Source of the DNA: Candidatus Kerfeldbacteria bacterium
GTDB lineage: Bacteria > Patescibacteriota > Patescibacteriia > UBA9570
Reading direction: 5' to 3'
Length of the DNA stretch: 26,584 nucleotides
Assembly: GCA_003512175.1 (NCBI GenBank)
Contig: DOSP01000008.1
Coordinates: forward strand, 3,001-29,584
Of the stretch, positions 16,824 to 25,910 are shown piece by piece (positions within the stretch are counted from its first letter, which is position 1; every line of letters begins with the position of its first letter). Made by a program: the position numbers and the translations under genes. A model generated the notes under the pieces. It made no database searches. It was not told the DNA's origin and saw only the letters and a list, made by a program, of their open reading frames with translations.

Positions 16824-17537
16824 ATGCACGGCGATTTGATTCATGCCGACAATATCAATCTCAAGTTTGGTGACGTCACTGTACTACGTAACGTTGGATT
16901 TGTGATTCCACAAGGTGCGTTTGTTTCCATTCTTGGACCAAATGGGGCGGGTAAGACTCAATTATTGCGCATCATGCTCGGGCTGTTACAACCCAGTAGT
17001 GGCAGTATCACGCGCCATTTCACCATGCGCGAAGTGGGGTATGTCCCACAGCGTCTGGCCGTTGATCCTACCTTTCCCATTACCGTGCATGAGTTTCTAC
17101 AAATGTATCTCCAGACTACGGGTTGGTGGATACATGGTTCTCTCCCTGCCTTCGACGACATGTTCGCCGTTACAGAATTACTCAGTAAACGGATCGGTAA
17201 ATTATCTGGCGGTCAGTTGCAGCGAGTACTGCTGGCGGGAGTGTTAAGCACCAAACCAAAAGTGTTATTCTTGGACGAATTCTCCAGCGGCATTGATCCC
17301 CGCGGTCAGGCTGAGTTATACAATTATCTTCATCGACTCAACGAGCAGTCTGGCGTAACAATTGTGATGGTGTCGCATGATGTCGATGTGACCGCGCAAT
17401 ATGCCGATGTTGTGCTGTGTCTGAATAAGGAATTAATTTGTACTGGCCGTCCACAGGATATTTTTACCCACGAGAACTTCCAAAAAATGTACGGCATCCC
17501 ATTGACTAAAGTTGATCAACACCACCATGACGATTGA
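16824..17537 (+). CDS. znuC: Zn/Mn ABC transporter ATP-binding protein
   Basis: Walker A GPNGAGKT, GYVPQ, FPITV, LSGGQLQR, Walker B LFLDE, VSHD and a His-rich tail. Confidence 0.9.
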   Translation: MHGDLIHADNINLKFGDVTVLRNVGFVIPQGAFVSILGPNGAGKTQLLRIMLGLLQPSSGSITRHFTMREVGYVPQRLAVDPTFPITVHEFLQMYLQTTGWWIHGSLPAFDDMFAVTELLSKRIGKLSGGQLQRVLLAGVLSTKPKVLFLDEFSSGIDPRGQAELYNYLHRLNEQSGVTIVMVSHDVDVTAQYADVVLCLNKELICTGRPQDIFTHENFQKMYGIPLTKVDQHHHDD

Positions 17538-18339
17538 TTTACTGCTGAACGCCTTTACGCTTCCTTTCATGCAACGCGCCATCGTGGCCGGTGTGGTGAT
17601 TGGTATCGCCGCAGCGTTTCTTGGCGTCTTCATTACCCTGCGTAATTTATCGTTTTATTCCGATACCATCGCACATTCTGCCTTAGCGGGCATTGCCTTA
17701 GGGTTACTGTTTCACCTATCCCCAACTCTGTCTGCTATTCTGTTTTGTATTTTTATCGGCATTATCACCGTGGCAATAAAAAATCGGTCGGTGATTAGTT
17801 TGGATACCGTCGTGGGAGTGATTTTTTCAGCCGGGTTGTCGCTGGGTGTAGTACTGATTAGTTTGTTGCCCAGCTATCGGTCAGAACTGTTTTCTATTTT
17901 ATTTGGGGACATCCTCACCCTGACTTGGTGGGACGTGAGCGTGGCAGCGGCTGTCAGTATCTCTGTGATTGTCTTCCTGCTCTATACCAGTAAACGATTA
18001 CTACTGATGACGTTCTCATCAGATTTCACTTTTGTGCGCGGCATCAATGGCACACGCTTGGATTATGCCTTCTTTATCGTTACCGCTCTTACCATTGCCG
18101 TGAGTATTAAAATTGTTGGCATCATTTTAGTCACCGGTTTGCTGATTTTACCAGCCGCTATTGCCAAGAACTTGGCTAAATCGTTTAAACAACTGGTTTG
18201 GCTGGCCGCTATTATCAGCGTTGTCTCAACTACTGTAGGGTTAAGCTTGTCATTTATCTTAGACTTACCCGCTGGTCCAACGATTATTCTTGTCTCAACG
18301 GTTGGTTTTGTGCTGTCGCTATTTGGTCGAGTGAAATAG
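17527..18339 (+). CDS. znuB: Zn/Mn ABC transporter permease (ABC-3 family)
   Basis: FMQRA, SDTIAHSALAG, LFGDIL, VGIILV and DLPAGPTI. ATG 17527 overlaps the znuC end. Confidence 0.9.
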   Translation: MTIDLLLNAFTLPFMQRAIVAGVVIGIAAAFLGVFITLRNLSFYSDTIAHSALAGIALGLLFHLSPTLSAILFCIFIGIITVAIKNRSVISLDTVVGVIFSAGLSLGVVLISLLPSYRSELFSILFGDILTLTWWDVSVAAAVSISVIVFLLYTSKRLLLMTFSSDFTFVRGINGTRLDYAFFIVTALTIAVSIKIVGIILVTGLLILPAAIAKNLAKSFKQLVWLAAIISVVSTTVGLSLSFILDLPAGPTIILVSTVGFVLSLFGRVK

Positions 18340-18901
18340 CGGAGGAGACGTCGTACGTGCCAATCTTGGTACGACGCAAGGCGGTGACATATCCGCCCAT
18401 GGCTCGAGCCAGTGATCGGATGTATGTTCCATGAGAACACTGTACTTGTAACGTCATAAATGGCTTTTCATAATCCAGTAATTCTAGACAGTAGATGGTG
18501 ACTGACCTGGGTGCTATCGTTACCGGTTTGCCTTGTCTGGCTAAACGATAGGCCCGCTCCCCGTTCACATGAATGGCGGAATAAGCTGGCGGAATTTGCT
18601 GGATTTTTCCAGTAAACTGTTTGAGATTTGGAAATTGAAATTTGGTGCTTGTGATCTCCCCTTCGCTATCATCTGTTGTACTGATTTTTCCCAGCTCGAT
18701 GGTTACCACATATTCTTTATCGAGTTTCATGAACCGATCTTGAGATTTTGTTTCTGCTCGACCAACCAATACAATCAACAACCCCGAGGCTAATGGGTCA
18801 AGCGTGCCGGCATGGCCAACCCGTTGAACGTTGAGCTGCCGCCGTACCCGAGCCACGACCGCAAATGAGGATAGGCCAACGGGTTTATCAATCAGCAGCA
18901 T
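18284..18901 (-). CDS. truB: tRNA pseudouridine(55) synthase, short form without a PUA domain
   Basis: IDKPVGLSS, VGHAGTLDPLASGLL, QIPPAYSA, CSHGTYIRSLA and LRRTKIG. Likely start ATG 18901. Confidence 0.95.
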   Translation of the reverse strand: MLLIDKPVGLSSFAVVARVRRQLNVQRVGHAGTLDPLASGLLIVLVGRAETKSQDRFMKLDKEYVVTIELGKISTTDDSEGEITSTKFQFPNLKQFTGKIQQIPPAYSAIHVNGERAYRLARQGKPVTIAPRSVTIYCLELLDYEKPFMTLQVQCSHGTYIRSLARAMGGYVTALRRTKIGTYDVSSAISLDQIATAQNQPLRQE

Positions 18902-19304
18902 ACAGCCACGCCCGGGCGTCTTCTTCAGTAGCAAACGTTTTTAATTTATGCGGCATAAAGGCGCGTAGTAAATCAATCAGCAATGCCCAGCCATGGGGCA
19001 AACCAAACGCTGCTACTTTAGCAATGGCCTCATCATGGAGCATTTCCCGATAAATCGTGTTTGATTCTTGACTATTGAATTCACCGGAGTCAATCGTCCG
19101 AAAATCCATCAACACTTTCAACTTGGCCTGCGGAGCATGTCGTTTGATTTCGTCAAAGACACCTTTCATCCAACGTGATTCTTTGGTGTTGTCCTCTTCG
19201 CTGGTGGTAATCGTCCCAAATGTGACAAGGACAAAATCTGGCGCGGTGAACTCAATCACGTCTTGCTGTGGCGAAAACTGATACCGTTGTGTCGAGCTTG
19301 ACAT
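18888..19304 (-). CDS. STAS/SEC14 (SpoIIAA-like) domain protein
   Basis: VLMDFR, KVAAFG and C-terminal KTFATEEDARAWL. Start ATG 19304. Confidence 0.75.
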   Translation of the reverse strand: MSSSTQRYQFSPQQDVIEFTAPDFVLVTFGTITTSEEDNTKESRWMKGVFDEIKRHAPQAKLKVLMDFRTIDSGEFNSQESNTIYREMLHDEAIAKVAAFGLPHGWALLIDLLRAFMPHKLKTFATEEDARAWLYAAD

Positions 19305-19331
19305 ATACGCCGAGTGTAGCATAGTGGTGCT

Positions 19332-19922
19332 ATGCAGACAATTGCATTAGTTGGCAACGGCACTTGGTTTGACTGTGGTATGGTACTTAAATCGTACGAT
19401 GTCATTATTGCGCTTGATGGTGGTCACCAATTTTGTCAAAAATTTGGTATCACGCCAACCATTACGTTAGGTGATGGTGACTCGATAACGGATAAACCCA
19501 CCAACTTTATCGTATCTACTGATCAAACGACCACCGATCTCCAGAAGGGTCTAGCGTATATTCAAGAACACTTTACTGATTATGTGATCGACTTATTCGG
19601 TTTTGTGAGTATCGATCGACTCGACCATACTCTCACCGCCATCCATCTGTTATACAACCACCGAGTGATTCGATCCTTATATACCCCCTATCAGCATTTG
19701 CGCCCGATTATTGATCAGATCGAATTAAAAAATGTAACTTCATTCTCGTTACTGCCAATCGAAGACTCAGCTACTGTCGAAATACAAGGAGCCAAATGGA
19801 ACGGACAATTTGTTCTTGATGAATCCTATTCCGGATTATCAAACAGTGCTGTGGCCGATACGGTACACATTTCGGTGATTGATCGACCGGTTTTATTGAT
19901 TACCCCTACCCAATGGACCTAA
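19332..19922 (+). CDS. thiN: Thiamine pyrophosphokinase
   Basis: IALDGG, GDGDS, DQTTTDLQKGL, RLDH, SLLP and GLSN motifs. Confidence 0.88.
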   Translation: MQTIALVGNGTWFDCGMVLKSYDVIIALDGGHQFCQKFGITPTITLGDGDSITDKPTNFIVSTDQTTTDLQKGLAYIQEHFTDYVIDLFGFVSIDRLDHTLTAIHLLYNHRVIRSLYTPYQHLRPIIDQIELKNVTSFSLLPIEDSATVEIQGAKWNGQFVLDESYSGLSNSAVADTVHISVIDRPVLLITPTQWT

Positions 19923-20212
19923 AAATAAATTTAAAGAAACCAATCAATCTGGCTAGTTGCCTACGGCAAGCTGGTTATCATCCCATTACTGGCAGTTGGG
20001 TACGCCATTTGGGACGCGGACATTATCCACGGTTTCACTTATATTTGGGTGATAAACCGAACTCACTTAAACTATCATTGCACATTGATCAGAAACAGCA
20101 CACTATTGACATGCCTGGCTTAAAACGGCATGCTGGTGAGTACAATTCCACTATTGTGCAAGAAGAAATGGCTAGATTGCAACGGTGGGTTAAATATTCT
20201 GAATCACTATGA
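19913..20212 (+). CDS. Small conserved hypothetical protein
   Basis: Overlaps both neighbours. The motifs [13 protein letters not shown] and HAGEY resemble, from memory, a family common in CPR genomes. Confidence 0.75.
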   Translation: MDLKINLKKPINLASCLRQAGYHPITGSWVRHLGRGHYPRFHLYLGDKPNSLKLSLHIDQKQHTIDMPGLKRHAGEYNSTIVQEEMARLQRWVKYSESL

Positions 20213-20862
20213 AACTCTTTCTTGACACAGCCCTCATTGAAGAAATCCAACAAGCTGCCAGCACCGGCTTAATTGATGGTGTCACCACGAATCCATCACT
20301 GGTAGCCAAGAGTGGTCGCCGACGTGAAGATGTCATTAAAGAAATCTGCCAGTTAGTGGATGGCCCTATTTCGGCTGAAGTGTTAGCTACGGAATCTGCC
20401 GCCATGCTGGCCGAAGCCCATACATTGGCTGGCATTCATCCGAATGTGATTATTAAGCTACCAATGATTGCAGCAGCCTTGCCCGTGGTCACCAAACTGG
20501 CAGCGGCGGGCATTCGTACTAATGTCACCTTAGTGTTTAGCGTCAGCCAAGCCTTGCTAGCCGCTAAAGCCGGCGCAACATACATTTCCCCATTTGTCGG
20601 ACGGTTAGATGATGCCGGCGAGAACGGTATGGCTGTGGTTGGTGATATTGTACACGTCATGCGGCAGTATGATTTTGCGACCAAGGTGCTGGTGGCATCG
20701 GTGCGACATCCCGATCACGTTCGCCAAGCAGCCCTCCTCGGTGCTGATGTTGTCACTCTCCCCTATGCCGTATTTCAAGAATTATTTCAACACCCACTGA
20801 CGGATGCCGGTTTAAAAAAATTCTTACAGGACGCCGAAAAAAATGTTAAATTGCATTCGTGA
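20209..20862 (+). CDS. tal: Short-chain transaldolase (FSA/TalC family)
   Basis: [13 protein letters not shown], Schiff-base Lys in IIKLP, NVTLVFS. SAEV (Glu) and SPFVGR (Phe) are the transaldolase-type residues, not the FSA-type ones. Confidence 0.93.
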   Translation: MKLFLDTALIEEIQQAASTGLIDGVTTNPSLVAKSGRRREDVIKEICQLVDGPISAEVLATESAAMLAEAHTLAGIHPNVIIKLPMIAAALPVVTKLAAAGIRTNVTLVFSVSQALLAAKAGATYISPFVGRLDDAGENGMAVVGDIVHVMRQYDFATKVLVASVRHPDHVRQAALLGADVVTLPYAVFQELFQHPLTDAGLKKFLQDAEKNVKLHS

Positions 20863-23800
20863 GTGACCACGGCGCTTCACTGCGCGCATATTCTGTATTG
20901 GCATCACCTTTAGCCAGACGAGTGTTATTTGAATATTGAGTGATCACGTCATAGGCGCCAGCCTGCGTTGCTAAATAGGCATAATTGGCGAATGACACAG
21001 CATGATCCGCCAAGTGTTGTTGCTGCGGTAAAATACTCAATGGCTCACCGGTTGAGACTTGATAGGCATGCTTCAGTTGTTGCATGGTTTCGCTGCGTAA
21101 GAATGCTACCGTTTCTGTACCAAGTAAGCTGAGATCACGCTCGATTTGATCAGGCGCAACCGCCAACTTGCCCGCAGTCTGCAAACGGTCACATATGATC
21201 TGCAAGGCCGCTCGTGTATCATCGGTTCCCCGACCAGATGCTTCAGCAATGGGTAAGGTGAGATGTTCAGCCTGAGCGAAGACTAACAGGCGCTCTTGCA
21301 GACTACCCAACATCGTCTTGTAGGGTCCACCGTTGTATGAATTGACTAACGCCAACATCTGAGCAATTTCATCATTTTTTTGTGGATCGCCAAAAGCGCT
21401 GACGTAGGTATCCAAGACGGTTTCATTACGATATAAAATTTCTCCAGCTGCCGCTGTAGCCATCAGCGGATCATTCCGCAAGTTTTGCTCAAATTGTTGG
21501 AAAGCGGCATCATCCTCGGCAACAAAATTATTCGCCCGTACCTGAAATAAACCAGCCGAAGACACGCCGGCCACTTGTTCAAGCGCGCCGACCACTGGGT
21601 GTAAAGCTGACACAGAGTGTTCGGCAGCCTGTCCTTGCGCTATGGCAAAATCTAGGCTCGCATCCGCCCAATCACTGTCTTTAATTGACCAAGCCACGTC
21701 CTTGAGGGCTTGGCGGCTCGTGTAATACTCTGAATATGCCACCAGCTGGTCTAGAGTGGCAGACCGGCTAGGTAAGTGATCATTCACCCAACTGATCGCA
21801 CTGCTCAGCATATTTTTGTCGGCGATTTCACGCATGCCCTCATTGGCGTAGACGAGGGCTAAGGCCGTTCGGACTCGTTCACCATACTCTGGGTTACCAT
21901 CGACCACCGTATCAATTAACCGAGTTACTTCAGCGGGTAACGCTGTTTCAACCACACCAGCGTCGGTGGCGAGTGGTAATGTTTCGGGCAAATATATCCG
22001 TTCAGCGAGTCGGTCTTGCCAAACCAGTCGTTCCAGCTGTGCAATGGCGTTTGCATCCAATTGTAGCACGGCATCAGCTTGCACGTGATATTCATGTACC
22101 GAGTACGGTTGAGTATATAGATCACCCGGCATCTCTTTATTGCCATACGGTATAGCAACAGCGCCGGCCACTCGATCACGCAGTTGACTCCATTCGCTGG
22201 CGGAGTAACGAGCTCGATCAAACCACTGACCAGTGATATGATCCATGCTATCGTGTGGTCGCACAATATACACTTCGGTATCATTGGCAGCAGCTAGGCG
22301 TGCCTCAGCCCGCTCATAGATTGTGTCCAAATGAGCTGCCAGCGAATCTTCGTCAAAAATTGGTACGAGCGTTCCTGACTTGAGGTGTACTGGATCAATC
22401 CCCTGTTCCACCAAGGTGAATTCGGCTGCCTTCCACATGTCTGGTGACAATCCACCATCAGCGAAGACTGTGGCCAGACTCTGCCCAGTTTTGACTTCAA
22501 CAAAGTTGTTTACGATAAAATCACTACCAAATTCCGGTGAACCTCCCATCGCCGCATTGACCACCTCTGGATTCGGTTGCACGATACTGACTGGCATCAA
22601 TTTATCGCTTTGCACCAGTAGAGTAACTAGGGTGTCGGCGCGATCACCGTGAAAACGATGATTCAAGGCAATATCATGCACGACAATGCTATCACCCTCA
22701 TGTACCGGCGTACGCAGCCAATCGGTTTCGTTGGTGACTGGCACACCATTCACTTCAATGCCCAAACTTTCAAACAAGTAACCTCGTTGAGCCAAATCTG
22801 ACTGACTCAAACCTAAATTCCAAGCCAGGGCTTTGTCGAGGGTGTTATCGCCATGTTGAGTAAAGGTATGATTTTCTTCACCCAATAAGGTCACTCCGTG
22901 TGAATTTGGCTCTCCGCCATTAAAACGGTTCGCGGCAATAATATCTTGAATGTGGGTGCCGGCGTATAAAAAAGTGGCTACTTGTAACGGGCTTCTACCG
23001 GCCTCTTGAATCCAATGTTGTAATTGATAACGATACGTGGCATCAGTACTATTCACCGTCTCCGTTGGATGGGCACCAGATTCATTGAGCGTAAAATAAT
23101 CTTTCAGCGTGGCTGTCTCTTTGCCACCGGCCGCAATCATACTCTCGGCCATCATTGGTGCATGGACTGTGACTCCGGTCACCTGGCCATCGGCATTAAG
23201 AACACTCAAGCCAACTTGCTCCGCCAAATGTGGGGCCATCAAGTTAAAGCGACCCGCAATATCTTTGGAGCAAAAGGTGCCATCTTCCGCGACAACCCGA
23301 ACAGCATCATGCTGCAAGAATTGAATTTTCGCGAGTTTATCCATTGACCAGGTATCAGCAGTCAAACTGCCATGATCAATCTTGAGTTCGGCTGATTCAG
23401 TTGTGAAAACGCGCACGCTGGCTGATCGCTCTGTTTTCAATAATTCGTTCAGCGGTATAGCTTCAGCCGCTTGATCACCTAATGGACGGGCAAGAGCGAC
23501 GCCCGATTCATCAACGGTTACCGCGTAACTGGCATCGTAATGTACGGCCATGGTTTTTCCGTGATGAGTACTGTACCGATCGCCGAATACTGCAATGTAG
23601 TGGCCGACTGGTAAGGCATCAAGGTCTGCGCGAGTGGCACCAACCACGAAATGTTCATTACTAATGTGAGCATCAACACCGCGGGCCGCCTGAACGGCCA
23701 TTTCTGGAGTCATCACCTTATCTTGTTGCCACAATTCAGTCACTACTTCTGGTTGGACAACTTCGGATTCCATGGCCACAGGGAGTGACTCACTGGGGAT

Positions 23801-25546
23801 CACCAATGGCTGACCAATTTCTAATTTACTAGCATGAGCCAGGTGATTATCGGCCACCAGCAAATCAATCGCTTGAGGAATGGTCAGGGCTGGGTTATCC
23901 TCGCGTTGGCGATACCATTCCAAGTGTTCTGAGACAATTTTCCAAGCCGAATCACCTGGTGCCGTCACATAGGTAATGTTGGTCACGGTATTTTCTGGCG
24001 GAACTTCACTAGTAATCTCGTCCGGCAGTGGCACCGTTGCTTCATAGTCCGCTATGCTCGGCCTGGCAGCGGTTGGTTCATGAGCGGATACGGTAGTCAC
24101 TGTGAGATTATCAACAGCAGTCTCCAACTGCCCTAAGATTTGATCGATGTCGACTCTGGTTTCAGCCAGCTGTTCAATGCGGGTATCAATTTGATCTAAC
24201 ACCCCAAGTGTGGCGATATTAGTGTTGAACTGCCGATAGATATGTTCAAATTGGTGGACCGTGGCTTTAATAGTTTCACGATGTACGCGCAACAAGCGAT
24301 AGCGTAAAATGTGTTCGAGTTGTTGACGACGATCACCTTGGAAGGCAGCCAAATCTTCAATGTTGCCATACAGTTCGGCTTCCGTGACGTTGCGTTTTTG
24401 CAGTTCTTGACCAAACTCTTTCCACAAAGCATTGGCAATATCATCTACAGCAAACTCTTGGTCGCTGGCCGCTTGTTGCTCAGGTGTAATCAATCGCTCT
24501 ACGGCTGCCGAAATGGTTTGCTTGGCATCGGTCTGGGCACGAAGCGCCAAACGAAACCGATCATCCAGTGCAAACTGTTTTAAACTTTCACGCACACCGC
24601 CAGCTAAGGCAGCCAAACGCTTACCAGTTGTCCGTTCATGAGCCGGCAATTGGGTCAAGGCTTTATCGTAATTAGCCGTGACAGTCCGGTAAGCCGCACT
24701 GGCTCGACCAATCACAAAACTCTCCACACCAAACGTGAGCCAGCGGGCACCGGTTGTCAGCATGGCTAAATTTCTGGCTTTGCGCTTCTGATACACATCC
24801 ACATGGCGCTCGACAATATCCTGAATGCTGTTTTTATACCGCTTAGTCGCTTGTTCATAGGCTTTAAACAGTGATGGCCGAGACGGATCAAATACCTCTG
24901 TATCTAAATGGGTTCGGATATCTACCAAGATTTTTTGACGATTACTTTCAGGAATGATGGTTACTTTTTGCAAAAGCTGTTCAGCATAGTGCACCCCAGC
25001 GGTGATGTGTTGCTGCCGAAATGATTCTTTGTCTTCGGCTTGTTCCGGCATCATCCGTTCCGTTTGTTTCTGTAATTCGGCAAAATGTTGTCGCACTTCA
25101 TTCGCAAATTTCATAGCCTCCGATTCAACGGCCGTTACTCCACCCTGAGCTTCGTATTTCTTAGCCAGTGCATCACAATCAGCTTGACGGATAGCAATAT
25201 CAACTAGAAATTGCTTCGCCGTCATTTGGGCTGAAAACTCGGCAACCGGTAACGCGGCCCGGACACCTAATTCCATCGCTGAACGAAGCGTTAATGATCG
25301 ACGAGCTGTATCTACTGCCCGTTGCGCAGCTTGCCAATATGTGGCTGTGGGCGTCTCCACATACTGATCTGCCATTTTCTCTAACGTGGCATCCGTACTG
25401 CGGTACAATTCCTTTTTCCATGATTGATAACGACTGCGGGCGTCATCAACAAAACTAGCCCAACGCTGCCGCCAACTTGGTTCATCGTTGGCGATTGTGT
25501 CTGGAGTGGCAACCGCCGCCTGTTCCCAACGCTCAGCTAGTTCCAT
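20846..25546 (-). CDS. 1566-aa multidomain protein: helical N-terminus, LysM modules, candidate Cys-His amidase, lysozyme/lytic-transglycosylase-like C-terminus
   Basis: Clear LysM ([13 protein letters not shown]...NHL...[10 protein letters not shown]) and two degenerate LysM-like units (VEVKTGQSL...; YIVRPHDSM...). Lysozyme-fold triad of motifs YANEG, AGLFQV and SYNGG. No signal peptide. Confidence 0.78.
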   Translation of the reverse strand: MELAERWEQAAVATPDTIANDEPSWRQRWASFVDDARSRYQSWKKELYRSTDATLEKMADQYVETPTATYWQAAQRAVDTARRSLTLRSAMELGVRAALPVAEFSAQMTAKQFLVDIAIRQADCDALAKKYEAQGGVTAVESEAMKFANEVRQHFAELQKQTERMMPEQAEDKESFRQQHITAGVHYAEQLLQKVTIIPESNRQKILVDIRTHLDTEVFDPSRPSLFKAYEQATKRYKNSIQDIVERHVDVYQKRKARNLAMLTTGARWLTFGVESFVIGRASAAYRTVTANYDKALTQLPAHERTTGKRLAALAGGVRESLKQFALDDRFRLALRAQTDAKQTISAAVERLITPEQQAASDQEFAVDDIANALWKEFGQELQKRNVTEAELYGNIEDLAAFQGDRRQQLEHILRYRLLRVHRETIKATVHQFEHIYRQFNTNIATLGVLDQIDTRIEQLAETRVDIDQILGQLETAVDNLTVTTVSAHEPTAARPSIADYEATVPLPDEITSEVPPENTVTNITYVTAPGDSAWKIVSEHLEWYRQREDNPALTIPQAIDLLVADNHLAHASKLEIGQPLVIPSESLPVAMESEVVQPEVVTELWQQDKVMTPEMAVQAARGVDAHISNEHFVVGATRADLDALPVGHYIAVFGDRYSTHHGKTMAVHYDASYAVTVDESGVALARPLGDQAAEAIPLNELLKTERSASVRVFTTESAELKIDHGSLTADTWSMDKLAKIQFLQHDAVRVVAEDGTFCSKDIAGRFNLMAPHLAEQVGLSVLNADGQVTGVTVHAPMMAESMIAAGGKETATLKDYFTLNESGAHPTETVNSTDATYRYQLQHWIQEAGRSPLQVATFLYAGTHIQDIIAANRFNGGEPNSHGVTLLGEENHTFTQHGDNTLDKALAWNLGLSQSDLAQRGYLFESLGIEVNGVPVTNETDWLRTPVHEGDSIVVHDIALNHRFHGDRADTLVTLLVQSDKLMPVSIVQPNPEVVNAAMGGSPEFGSDFIVNNFVEVKTGQSLATVFADGGLSPDMWKAAEFTLVEQGIDPVHLKSGTLVPIFDEDSLAAHLDTIYERAEARLAAANDTEVYIVRPHDSMDHITGQWFDRARYSASEWSQLRDRVAGAVAIPYGNKEMPGDLYTQPYSVHEYHVQADAVLQLDANAIAQLERLVWQDRLAERIYLPETLPLATDAGVVETALPAEVTRLIDTVVDGNPEYGERVRTALALVYANEGMREIADKNMLSSAISWVNDHLPSRSATLDQLVAYSEYYTSRQALKDVAWSIKDSDWADASLDFAIAQGQAAEHSVSALHPVVGALEQVAGVSSAGLFQVRANNFVAEDDAAFQQFEQNLRNDPLMATAAAGEILYRNETVLDTYVSAFGDPQKNDEIAQMLALVNSYNGGPYKTMLGSLQERLLVFAQAEHLTLPIAEASGRGTDDTRAALQIICDRLQTAGKLAVAPDQIERDLSLLGTETVAFLRSETMQQLKHAYQVSTGEPLSILPQQQHLADHAVSFANYAYLATQAGAYDVITQYSNNTRLAKGDANTEYARSEAPWSLTNAI

Positions 25547-25826
25547 TGAGTTTTTGTTGAATGTACTGCTCTATTTCCTGACGTTCCTTAGCAGCCAGTT
25601 GATCAAGCGTCGCCGTCATATCCTTATTTAACTGCCCAAGATCTTGAAAAAAGGCTTTGCTGACTTCCTGGTAACTCTGTTGCTCATGCTGCATTATCCC
25701 CATCAGTTGATTCACTTGCGCTTCAGACATCAACGGCAATACATTCAACCAGGCCGCTTTTTGTTCTTCCAGCATGACAGATTGTGCCAAGAGTAAGGCG
25801 AGTCGTTTGGCTTTTTGTGTATCCAT
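25533..25826 (-). CDS. Small all-helical hypothetical protein overlapping the start of the 1566-aa gene
   Basis: 97 aa, Gln/Leu-rich, EEQKAAWLNVLPLMSEAQVNQL. 14-nt overlap with the downstream gene. TGCTAAACT lies 7 nt before the ATG. Confidence 0.8.
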   Translation of the reverse strand: MDTQKAKRLALLLAQSVMLEEQKAAWLNVLPLMSEAQVNQLMGIMQHEQQSYQEVSKAFFQDLGQLNKDMTATLDQLAAKERQEIEQYIQQKLNGTS

Positions 25827-25910
25827 AGCGCTAAGTTTAGCAAATTGTCAAGGCCGCGCAACTTCTGCTATACTTGGCTAACTCAAGCTTAAGTATTTCC
25901 ATGATCTATT

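Noticed and set aside
19319..19335. Inverted repeat GCATAG-N5-CTATGC between divergent genes
   Set aside because: It is short and explained by an extended -10 on one strand and the thiN start codon on the other.
20846..25546. Phage tape-measure protein or prophage
   Set aside because: No phage structural, integrase or replication genes are adjacent, and the neighbours are tal and a transport adaptor.
25533..25826. WXG100/type VII secretion substrate
   Set aside because: The size fits, but there is no central WxG motif and no EssC/FtsK gene in the window.
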